Of a stretch of 64,000 nt of DNA, positions 28,869 to 36,904 are shown piece by piece (the first letter of the stretch is position 1; every line of letters starts with the position of its first letter). The DNA is from Candidatus Eiseniibacteriota bacterium (GTDB lineage: Bacteria; Eisenbacteria; RBG-16-71-46). The stretch is from positions 64,001 to 128,000 of the forward strand of contig JBGAML010000010.1 of the NCBI GenBank assembly GCA_044223005.1, given 5' to 3'. Made by a program: the position numbers and the translations under genes. Below the pieces are notes generated by a model that was not told the DNA's origin, did no database searches, and was given only the letters and a program-made list of their open reading frames with translations.

Positions 28869-30854
28869 ATGGCCCCCGAGCCATTCCGGAACGCCGCGCG
28901 TTTCGCGGCGATTCTCGCGTTGCTGATTCTCGCGGCGCCCGCGCACGCGCTGCGCGTCGTCGACTGGAACGTCTTGAACTACCCGGGCAACACGGGCCCG
29001 GCGCGTGACCCGCTCTACCGGACGGTGCTCGCGCCGCTGGGCGTCGACATCCTGGTGACCGAGGAGCAGGTGTCGCAGGCGGGCGTCAACGAGTTCGTGG
29101 GCAGCTTGAACACGATGGAGCCCGGACAATGGGCCGCCGCGACGTTCGTGCCGGCCGGAGACACGCAGGCGGCGATGTTCTACAAGCCCGCCAAGGTCCA
29201 GTTCCTCGGCCAGCGTGCGTTCTGGCCCAACGCGGCGAACCTGCTCCGCCAGATCAACGTCTACCGCTTCAAGCCCGTCGGCTACAGCTCCGACGCGGCC
29301 GAGTTCGACGTCTACGCCGTGCACCTGAAGGCCTCGACCGGCTCGACCAACGTCGCGCAGCGCCTTGCCGAAGCGACCGGCCTCCGCGACAGCCTGAACC
29401 TGCTGCCCGCGGGCACGCACGTGCTGGTGATGGGCGACTACAACTTCTACACCGGCCTCGAAGGCGGCATGCAGAAGCTGGTCGAGAACCAGGTCAACAA
29501 CATCGGCCGCCTCTACGACCCGCTCGGGCTCGAAAATGTGACCTGGCAGGACAACACGTCCATGCAGATCGCGTGGACGCAGTCGCCGTGCAAGACCGGC
29601 GACACGGGCTGCGCCAGCGGCGCGGCCACCGGCGGCCTCGACGACCGCTTCGACCTGATCCTGCCCACGTACGCGTTCAACGACGGCGCCGGGCTCGAAC
29701 TCGTGCCGGGCAGCTACGCGACGGTCGGCAACGACGGCCTGCACCACAACAACAGCATCATGGACCCGCCCACGATCCCCGAGGGCGCGACCTACGCGGC
29801 CGCGCTGCACGGCTCCAGCGATCACATGCCGGTGCGCGTCGACCTGCGGCTGCCCGCGATCTTCTCGGCGACGACGAGCCCGATCGCGTTCGGCACCGTC
29901 ATCACGGGCGCGCCCGCGGCGCAGTCGCTGTCGGTCACGAACGGGGTCGCGGCGCCGGGCGAGGCGCTCCAGTACTCGTATGCCGCGCCCGCCGGCTTCT
30001 CGGCGCCCGCGGGCACGATCGTGCTCGCGGCCGGCGCAAGCTCGGTGGACGGCCTCGCGATGGACACGTCGACGCCCGGCGCGAAGGCCGGCAACCTCGT
30101 CGTCAGCTCCAACGCGGTCGATGCGTTCAGCACCTCGATCGCGCTCTCGGGGGCGGTCCTGCGCCACGCGGTCGCATCGCTCGATTCGCTCGTCGCGACC
30201 CCCACGGGCGAGCTCGCCTTCGGCACGCACGATGCGCCGTCGTTCACCCCGCTGGACGTGCGGCTGCACGACCTGGGCTGGGACGCGCTGCAGGCGCAGC
30301 TGCTGGTCGACGCGGCGACGATCACCGGCGGCGACGGCCACTTCTCGCTCGTCGCCCCGTTCGCCCCGGCGACGCTCGCGGGCGTCGGCCAGACGTGGTC
30401 GGTGGCGTTCGACCCCACCAATGCCACGGCCGACTCCGAGTACACCGCGACGCTGGCGTTCGGCTGCGCGGACGAACCGCTCCCGGGCGCCACGGCGCTC
30501 GCGGGCCCGAGCGTGACGCTGCGCGCCACGCTGCAGGGCTCCGGCACGACGGCGGTCGCCGACGCGAAGCCGACGCGCACGCTGCTCTTCTCGCCGTACC
30601 CGAACCCGCTGCACGGCTCCAGCACGCTTCGCTTCGACGTGGCGCGCGGGGGTGACGTGCGACTGGACGTGTTCGACGTCAACGGCCGCCGTGCCGCCAC
30701 GCTGCTCCGCGGCGCGCTCGAGCCCGGCCGCTACACCGCGAGCTGGAACGGCGTCACCGAAGGTGGCTCCGTCGCGCGCGCGGGCCTGTATTTCGTGCGC
30801 CTGGTCGCTCCGGGTGCGGACCCGCAGTCGGTCCGGCTCGCGGTCGTGAAGTAA
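28869..30854 (+). CDS. Secreted endonuclease/exonuclease/phosphatase (EEP) family protein with Ig-like domains and C-terminal sorting domain
   Basis: Signal peptide; motifs WNVLNY, VTEE, VHLKAS, MGDYN, DDRFD, SDHMPV; C-terminus PYPNP...VFDVNGRR...GLYFVRL. Confidence 0.88.
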   Translation: MAPEPFRNAARFAAILALLILAAPAHALRVVDWNVLNYPGNTGPARDPLYRTVLAPLGVDILVTEEQVSQAGVNEFVGSLNTMEPGQWAAATFVPAGDTQAAMFYKPAKVQFLGQRAFWPNAANLLRQINVYRFKPVGYSSDAAEFDVYAVHLKASTGSTNVAQRLAEATGLRDSLNLLPAGTHVLVMGDYNFYTGLEGGMQKLVENQVNNIGRLYDPLGLENVTWQDNTSMQIAWTQSPCKTGDTGCASGAATGGLDDRFDLILPTYAFNDGAGLELVPGSYATVGNDGLHHNNSIMDPPTIPEGATYAAALHGSSDHMPVRVDLRLPAIFSATTSPIAFGTVITGAPAAQSLSVTNGVAAPGEALQYSYAAPAGFSAPAGTIVLAAGASSVDGLAMDTSTPGAKAGNLVVSSNAVDAFSTSIALSGAVLRHAVASLDSLVATPTGELAFGTHDAPSFTPLDVRLHDLGWDALQAQLLVDAATITGGDGHFSLVAPFAPATLAGVGQTWSVAFDPTNATADSEYTATLAFGCADEPLPGATALAGPSVTLRATLQGSGTTAVADAKPTRTLLFSPYPNPLHGSSTLRFDVARGGDVRLDVFDVNGRRAATLLRGALEPGRYTASWNGVTEGGSVARAGLYFVRLVAPGADPQSVRLAVVK

Positions 30855-30861
30855 TCACCAT

Positions 30862-30899
30862 GCGGGCGGCCCCGGAACCGAGGCCGCCCGCCGTTCTTT
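30862..30899 (+). terminator. Terminator-like hairpin between the EEP paralogs
   Basis: GCGGGCGGCC...GGCCGCCCGC stem followed by CGTTCTTT. Confidence 0.55.
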
Positions 30900-30909
30900 C
30901 GGGGGATCC

Positions 30910-32904
30910 GTGACCATTCGCTCGACGTTCCGCGTGACGTGCGCCGCCGCGCTCCTGGCGCTGCTCGCGTTCGCCGCCCCACCCGCGCACGCGCTCAAGG
31001 TGGCGACCTACAACCTGATGGGCTACGAGAACCCGGGCGAGGGCCCGGGGCTGCCGTCGCCCTACATCACCGCGCGCCAGGGCAACTTCCGCACGGTCAT
31101 GACCGCGCTGGACCCGGATGTGATCATGGTCCAGGAGATGAACTCCGCGACCGCGCGCGACTCGTTCCTCCTCAACGTGCTCGGCGTGATCCAGCCCGGG
31201 CAGTGGGCCGGCAGCCCGTGGTTCAACCTCAGCTCGGGCGAGGGCGGCGCGTTCTTCTGGAAGACCAGCGTCTGCACGATGTCCAACTTCGTCTCGCTCG
31301 GCACCGGCGGTCCGCGGCTCGTCGCCGTCGGCGTCGTGAAGCCGGTCGGCTACGTGAAGAACTCGGCGTGGTTCCGCCTCTACTCGCTGCACCTGAAGGC
31401 CGGCACCACCGCGGCCGACTCGACGCGCCGCGGCGACGAGTGCACGAGCCTGCGCACGCAGATCAACAACACGGTGACCACGGTCGTCGGCCCGAACTTC
31501 GTGGTGGGCGGCGACTGCAACTTCCAGGGCGGCCTCGAGCGCGGTTACCAGCGGCTCACGGAGTCGCAGGCGAACAACAACGGCCGCGGCCTCGATCCGC
31601 TCGTGCTGCCCTCGCTCTGGCACAACGGCGGCTCGGTGGGGCCGTACTTCACCCAGTGCCCGTGCCAGACGTGCACCGTGACGGGTCAGTCCGGCGGCGG
31701 CATGGACGACCGCTTCGATCTCATGCTGCTCTCGAGCTCGATGACCAACCCGAACGCGCTCTCGCTCACCACCTACACGACGTTCGGCAACGACGGTTTC
31801 CACACCAACACCGACATCAACGGCCTCGGCTTCAACAACGCCGTGCCCATGTACGTCGCCGACGCCCTGCACGACGCGGCCGATCACATCCCGGTCATGA
31901 TCACGCTGCGCCTGCCGGCGAGGTACTCGGTCGCCTCGCAGCTGGCGTTCGGGGACGAGATCGTGGGTGCCACGACCACGCAGGACTTCGCGGTGAGCAA
32001 CGTCGCGGTCGTCCCAGCCGCCCCGCTCAACTACACGCTGGCGGCGACCGGGGCCTTCACCGCGCCCGCGGGCAACTTCAGCGCCGTGGCCGGCGCAGGC
32101 GCGAACCTGCACGCGATCGGCATGGACGCGAGCACGCCCGGCGTCTTCACGGGCACGCTGACGATGGCGAGCAACGACAACGACACCACGAGCAAGGTCG
32201 TGCAGCTCTCGGGCCGCGTGCTCGCGCACGCGGTGCCGTCGCTCGATTCCGCGACCGTGATCGCGGCCGACACGCTCGACTTCGGCGACCACGAGGTCGG
32301 CAGCTTCGCCGACGGCGACGTGCGCGTGCACGACCAGGGCTGGAACGCGCTGCAGGCGAAGCTCGCGGTCACGGGCGCCGTGATCACCGGCGATCCGCGC
32401 TTCACGCTCGTGGGCGCCTTCTCGCCCGCGACGCTGGGCGGCGTCGGCCAGACGTGGACGGTGCACTTCGACGACACCGCCGCGCCCGGCGACTCCACGT
32501 ACGAGGCCACGCTCGCGTTCGCGACCAGCGACGAGGCGCTGCCTGGTGCGACCGCGCTCTCGCCGCTCGCCGTGACCCTGCGCGCGCACGTCAGCGCGGG
32601 CAGCACCGGCGTCGGCTCCGAGCGTTTCGCGCTGCGCTTCCTGCCGCCGTCGCCGAACCCGCTGCACGGCGGCACGCAGCTCGCCTACGAGCTGCCGTCC
32701 GCGGCGCACGTCTCGCTCGGCATCTACGACCTCGGCGGCCGGCGCGTGGCCAGCCTGGCGAACGGATTCGTGGGTGAAGGCCGCCACGCCGTGCGCTGGA
32801 ACACCCAGGATGACGGCGGCCGGCCGGTCGCGGCGGGCCTCTACTTCGTCCGCTTCGAGACGCAGGGCCTGCGCACCACGTCGCGCCTCGTGGTCCTGCC
32901 ATAG
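30910..32904 (+). CDS. Second secreted EEP family protein (tandem paralog) with C-terminal sorting domain
   Basis: Motifs TYNLMGY, MVQEM, LHLKAG, GGDCN, DDRFD, ADHIPV; same Ig-like segments (TL.GVGQTW.V.FD); C-terminus PSPNP...IYDLGGRR...GLYFVR. Confidence 0.88.
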   Translation: MTIRSTFRVTCAAALLALLAFAAPPAHALKVATYNLMGYENPGEGPGLPSPYITARQGNFRTVMTALDPDVIMVQEMNSATARDSFLLNVLGVIQPGQWAGSPWFNLSSGEGGAFFWKTSVCTMSNFVSLGTGGPRLVAVGVVKPVGYVKNSAWFRLYSLHLKAGTTAADSTRRGDECTSLRTQINNTVTTVVGPNFVVGGDCNFQGGLERGYQRLTESQANNNGRGLDPLVLPSLWHNGGSVGPYFTQCPCQTCTVTGQSGGGMDDRFDLMLLSSSMTNPNALSLTTYTTFGNDGFHTNTDINGLGFNNAVPMYVADALHDAADHIPVMITLRLPARYSVASQLAFGDEIVGATTTQDFAVSNVAVVPAAPLNYTLAATGAFTAPAGNFSAVAGAGANLHAIGMDASTPGVFTGTLTMASNDNDTTSKVVQLSGRVLAHAVPSLDSATVIAADTLDFGDHEVGSFADGDVRVHDQGWNALQAKLAVTGAVITGDPRFTLVGAFSPATLGGVGQTWTVHFDDTAAPGDSTYEATLAFATSDEALPGATALSPLAVTLRAHVSAGSTGVGSERFALRFLPPSPNPLHGGTQLAYELPSAAHVSLGIYDLGGRRVASLANGFVGEGRHAVRWNTQDDGGRPVAAGLYFVRFETQGLRTTSRLVVLP

Positions 32905-32914
32905 CCTCGACCGA

Positions 32915-32964
32915 CGAACGCGAGACCCCGTCCGGCGCTCAGCCGGACGGGGTCTCGTCGTTCG
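32915..32964. terminator. Long hairpin between convergent genes
   Basis: CGAGACCCCGTCCGGC (32921-36) and GCCGGACGGGGTCTCG (32942-57) form a perfect 16-bp stem, extendable by 6 bp. Confidence 0.65.
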
Positions 32965-33136
32965 GGGCGGGCTCGTGCCCGGGGCACTCGCGCACCGGGA
33001 GCCGGGGATAGCGAGGATAGGCGGGATCGTCCCGGGACCGCTCGCAGAGCCGGAAAACGCTGCGTGGCGTGCGCACGAGCCGCGCGTGGCGGCACGTCTC
33101 GCAGAGACCCGCGGGGGGCGGGATCGAGGCGGTCAG
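32939..33136 (-). CDS. Small Cys-rich protein (65 aa), probable metal-binding
   Basis: GLCETCRHAR...SVFRLCERS..DP.YPRYPRLPV.ECPG (CxxC plus two more Cys); GAAAGGAG SD 6 nt before a CTG codon. Confidence 0.65.
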   Translation of the reverse strand: MTASIPPPAGLCETCRHARLVRTPRSVFRLCERSRDDPAYPRYPRLPVRECPGHEPAPNDETPSG

Positions 33137-33159
33137 GGGCGGCTCCTTTCGGGTGGTGG

Positions 33160-33178
33160 GTGTCGGTCCGGACGACAC
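33160..33178. promoter_or_regulatory. Palindromic upstream activator site for a sigma54 enhancer-binding protein
   Basis: GTGTCG-N7-CGACAC (contains TGT-N11-ACA), about 100 bp upstream of the sigma54 -24 element. Confidence 0.5.
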
Positions 33179-33273
33179 TTCTTCGGATTCGGGCCGCCTC
33201 CGAACGGAGCACGGGGACCGCTCCGAGGCTGCTGTCCGTTGCCCGAGAGCCGGTTGGGCGATCGGATCGGGTA

Positions 33274-33290
33274 CTGGCCCGGGGATTGCT
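33274..33290 (+). promoter_or_regulatory. Sigma54 (RpoN) -24/-12 promoter
   Basis: CTGGCCCGGGGATTGCT has exact GG-N10-GC spacing and matches TGGCACG-N4-TTGC; it lies about 70 nt upstream of the PEP-CTERM gene. Confidence 0.75.
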
Positions 33291-33358
33291 CTAGCTAGCA
33301 GGTAACCATAAACGACCCCCCTTGCCTCTCTCCAAGCCCCAAGAGGAGCGCAACTCCA

Positions 33359-33586
33359 ATGAAGAAACTGATCCTCTTCGCGATCGTCTCCCTGATGACG
33401 GTGGGTATCGCCCAGGCGACCGACCTGCCGTTCTCCGGGAACTCGCAGAACATCGACCCGGTGCAGGTCGATCGCCGCCGTGGCGGTGACAATCCTGCCC
33501 GCCCGGTCCCCGAGCCCGGCACGATGGCGCTGGCCTCGATGGGCCTCATCGCTCTCGGCGCGGCGGCGCGCGGCCGTCGCAAGTAA
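33359..33586 (+). CDS. PEP-CTERM sorting domain micro-protein (75 aa)
   Basis: Sec signal MKKLILFAIVSLMTVGIAQA; VPEPGT followed by a TM helix and basic tail RGRRK; AGAGGAG SD. Confidence 0.9.
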   Translation: MKKLILFAIVSLMTVGIAQATDLPFSGNSQNIDPVQVDRRRGGDNPARPVPEPGTMALASMGLIALGAAARGRRK

Positions 33587-33821
33587 CGCAACTTCTCGGC
33601 TCGCGCTTGTCCCCACGGGCGCGACGCCACGGACGAACTGAGCCCCTTTGCTCCCCACCTGGGGACGGCGGCGAGGATCTACATCCTCGCCGCCGCGTCC
33701 GTTTGTGGCGGATCGCGGCTCGCCCGCCGGTGCGTGCGACGCGCCATCCCTCGCACGGCGCGAAGCCGCCGGGCTAGAATCGCCGCTCCATGATCCCCGA
33801 CTTCCGCCGCGGGTCCCGCCG

Positions 33822-35918
33822 GTGAGCCGCACGCCGCGCCGCTCACCCGCACGTCCCGCACCGCCCGCCGCGCGCCCCGCGTCCACGCCCGGCCCGCTCG
33901 TGCCCGCGCGCGGAGCCGAGCTCGCCACGGCCGCCGTGGTCGCGATTTTCGCCGCGACGGCGCTGGCGATGGTGCTGGGGCCGCACCGCATCGGCGACGT
34001 GTTCACGGAGTCCGACTTCTACGGCGCCTACGGCCCCGGCGCGCGCGCGCTCCAGCACGGGCGGCTCGATCCCGCTCGCTACGCCGTCGTGGGCCCGGTG
34101 TTCGAGTTCGTGCTCGCGGCGGTGGGATTCGTGGTGCGCGACCTCTTCCTCGCGGCCCAGCTGGTCTCGCTCGTCGCCATGGCCGCGAGCCTCTGGCTCT
34201 GGGCCCGCATCGTGCGCACGCACGCCGGTCCGCTCGCGGGCCTCGCGACGGCGCTGCTGCTCGCGACCCAGGCCCAGTGCTTCCGCTACGCATGGGCCGC
34301 GACCACCGACGCACTCGCGCTCGCGCTGCAGGCCGGCGCCCTCGCGCTGCTGCTCGCCGGGCGCGCACCGCGACGGCGTGCCGCGCTCGCGGGGCTCGTC
34401 GCCGGGCTCGCGTTCCTCACGCGCTACAGCGCCGTGTCGCTGCTGCCCGCGGGCGTGATCGCGCTGCTCGCCGGCTGGACCGCGACCGAGCCGCACGAGC
34501 GGCGCGCCGCGGCGCTCGCGTTCGCGGGCGGGTTCCTCGCGCCCGTGCTGCCGTGGGTCGCGGTCTCGCTCGCGTCGGGCGTGCACATGCGGTTCATGCT
34601 GCACCACAACATCGCGTACGAGGTGTTCGCGCGCGCGAACGGCATCCCGTGGGACGTCTACGAGCGCACGATGGAGCCGCAGTTCCCGACGCCGTTCTCG
34701 GTGCTCGCGCGCGATCCCGCCGCGGTGATCGGGCGGGTGTTGTTCAACGTCGGGGACCACCTGCGCCTCGACGCCCTGGCCGTGGCGGGCGCGCCGCTCG
34801 CGCTCGCGGCCGTGGCCGGCGTGGTGCTGGGTGCGCGCGACGGCACGCTCGCGCGGCTCCGTGGCGCGTGGCTGGCGCTGGCGCTCGCGTTCCTCGCGCT
34901 GGTGCCCGCGTTCCATTCCGAGCGCTACTCGCTCGCGATCCTGCCGGCGTGGGCGGCGCTGGGCGCGCTCGCGGTCACCTCGCGGGCGCGGGCGAGCGCG
35001 GCGCGGCCGGCCCAGGGTGCGGTCGTCGGGCTGGTGCTGCTGGCGGCGCTGCTGGTGCCCGCGCTGCGGACCAGCGTGCGGGTGCAGCGGCGTGCGCTCT
35101 CTCAGCTCCCGGTCGAGGCGCGCGTGCTCGGCGAGCGCGCGAAAGCGTGGACCCGGCCGGGCGAGCGGGTGTATGCCCGGAAACCGCACTTCGCGTGGTA
35201 CGCGGGGCTCGAGGCGACCGCGTTCCCGTTCGTCGACTCGCTGCCCGCCCTCGCGGATCGCGCCCGCCGCGACGGCGTGCGCTGGCTCTACTTCTCCTGG
35301 CCGGAGGCCGAGATGCGCCCCGAGCTCGCCTGGCTGCTCGACACGACGTCCGCCGCGCCCGGGCTCGCCGTACGTGCGACGAGCGCCGGGAACCCGGCCG
35401 TGCTCTACGAGATCGGCCCCGGCTTCGGCGCCGCCCCCGCGTGGGCGGGCGACCCGGCCGCGCTCGCCGTGCACCGCGCGCGGGCGATGCTCCAGGTGAA
35501 CGCGACCGACTGGCGCTCGCGCCTCGTCGCGGCCGACGATGCGCAGCAGCACGGCCGCTGGGCGGAGGCCCAGCCCTGGCTCGAACAGGCGGTGCGGCTC
35601 GTCCCGAACGCCCCGGAGGTGCAGGTCATGCTCGCGGACAACCTGGTGCACCTGGATCGCCTCGCCGAAGCGCGCGCGGCGTACGAAGCGGTCGAACGCA
35701 TGGTCCCGGGCGATCCGCGCACGCGCGCCGGGCTGGGCTGGGTCGCGCTGCGCTCGGGCGACGAGGCGGGAGCGGCGGCACTGTGGCGGCCGATCGTCGG
35801 CGAGGTGCCCGATCGCGAGACGCTCGAACGCATGGAGCAGCTGTTCGCGAAGCTCCACGACGACGCGGGCGTCGCGGCCGTGCGCGAACGCCTGCGCGGC
35901 ACCGGAGCGCGGCCGTGA
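33822..35918 (+). CDS. GT-C fold membrane glycosyltransferase (ArnT/PMT/GT39-like) with C-terminal TPR repeats
   Basis: Acidic first-loop motif ESDFY; many TM helices; GLAFLTRY and ERY motifs; TPR-like AQPWLEQAVRLVPNAPEV. Start uncertain (GTG 33822). Confidence 0.75.
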   Translation: MSRTPRRSPARPAPPAARPASTPGPLVPARGAELATAAVVAIFAATALAMVLGPHRIGDVFTESDFYGAYGPGARALQHGRLDPARYAVVGPVFEFVLAAVGFVVRDLFLAAQLVSLVAMAASLWLWARIVRTHAGPLAGLATALLLATQAQCFRYAWAATTDALALALQAGALALLLAGRAPRRRAALAGLVAGLAFLTRYSAVSLLPAGVIALLAGWTATEPHERRAAALAFAGGFLAPVLPWVAVSLASGVHMRFMLHHNIAYEVFARANGIPWDVYERTMEPQFPTPFSVLARDPAAVIGRVLFNVGDHLRLDALAVAGAPLALAAVAGVVLGARDGTLARLRGAWLALALAFLALVPAFHSERYSLAILPAWAALGALAVTSRARASAARPAQGAVVGLVLLAALLVPALRTSVRVQRRALSQLPVEARVLGERAKAWTRPGERVYARKPHFAWYAGLEATAFPFVDSLPALADRARRDGVRWLYFSWPEAEMRPELAWLLDTTSAAPGLAVRATSAGNPAVLYEIGPGFGAAPAWAGDPAALAVHRARAMLQVNATDWRSRLVAADDAQQHGRWAEAQPWLEQAVRLVPNAPEVQVMLADNLVHLDRLAEARAAYEAVERMVPGDPRTRAGLGWVALRSGDEAGAAALWRPIVGEVPDRETLERMEQLFAKLHDDAGVAAVRERLRGTGARP

Positions 35919-36796
35919 GCGCGCGGCGCGCCCTCGTGGCGCTGCTCGTGGCGTGCGCCGGCGTGCTCGTGGGCTGCGCGGCGCACGGGCCGGCCGCGCG
36001 GCCGCGCGTGCCGGCGGCCGAGTCCACGGCGCCGCTCGCCGATTCGCTCACGCGAGCGCTGTGGCACCTCGACGAGAACGGCGGCACGCACGCCGCGGAC
36101 TCGGGCCCGTTCCGGCTCGACGGCGTGGCCGGGCTCGACACGCGCACCGACTTCGGCCGCTTCCGCAGCGCGCGGCTGCTGCATCACGCGCTCGACTCGT
36201 GGGTGGTCGTGCCCTACAACCCCGCGCTCGAGACGCCGTCGTCGTTCACGATCGAGGCGTGGGTCCGCGTCGACAGCCTCTCGCAGTACGAGATGTCCGT
36301 GATCGCCGCGCGCTGGACGCCGGTGCCGGGGCAGCAGGAGTGGGTGCTCGGCGTGACGGGCCTGAACCTCGCACCGCCGTCGATCCCGGCCGCGGCGCCC
36401 GGCTGGTTCCGCCCGCTCACGGGCCTCGCGGCGCCGCTCCACCTCGTCTTCGGCTACCAGCCGGTGGGCGCGGGCGGCCTGCACGCGGTGCAATCGATCA
36501 CCGAGCTGCCGCTCGGGCGCTGGGTGCACGTGGCGGCGACCCTCGACGGCGACGTGATGCGTCTCTACGTCGCCGGGCGGCTCGACGTCACGATGGCGAC
36601 CACGGCGCCCATGCGCGCGAGCGACGCGCCGCTCACGATCGGCGACGCGTTCGACACCCGGCTGCTGACTTCGTACGGCGGCGACCTGCGCGTGGACCCC
36701 AACACGATCGCCCACTCGTACTACAACTTCACCGGCGCCATCGACGAAGTCCGGCTCTCGAACGGGGCCCGCACGCGCTTCGAGAGCGCCCCCTGA
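35915..36796 (+). CDS. LamG-like (concanavalin A lectin/glucanase) domain lipoprotein
   Basis: GTGA overlap with the upstream stop; lipobox LVGC; motifs LWHLDE, FTIEAWV, WVHVAATLDG..MRLYV.G, FTGAIDEVRLSN. Confidence 0.85.
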   Translation: MSARRALVALLVACAGVLVGCAAHGPAARPRVPAAESTAPLADSLTRALWHLDENGGTHAADSGPFRLDGVAGLDTRTDFGRFRSARLLHHALDSWVVVPYNPALETPSSFTIEAWVRVDSLSQYEMSVIAARWTPVPGQQEWVLGVTGLNLAPPSIPAAAPGWFRPLTGLAAPLHLVFGYQPVGAGGLHAVQSITELPLGRWVHVAATLDGDVMRLYVAGRLDVTMATTAPMRASDAPLTIGDAFDTRLLTSYGGDLRVDPNTIAHSYYNFTGAIDEVRLSNGARTRFESAP

Positions 36797-36904
36797 CGCC
36801 GGCGGCGTCGCGGGCGACACCCTCGTGCCCGTGGCGGGACCGTGGTGCGAACGGCTAGGCTTTCGTCCGTCGCCCCCGCGTCACGCGCCCCCCGGGAATC
36901 CGTC

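Noticed and set aside
24905..32904. Anti-phage defence island (MTase, HD domain, nucleases)
   Set aside because: The nucleases have signal peptides and secretion CTDs, the HD protein is HD-GYP type, and the genes are not in one operon.
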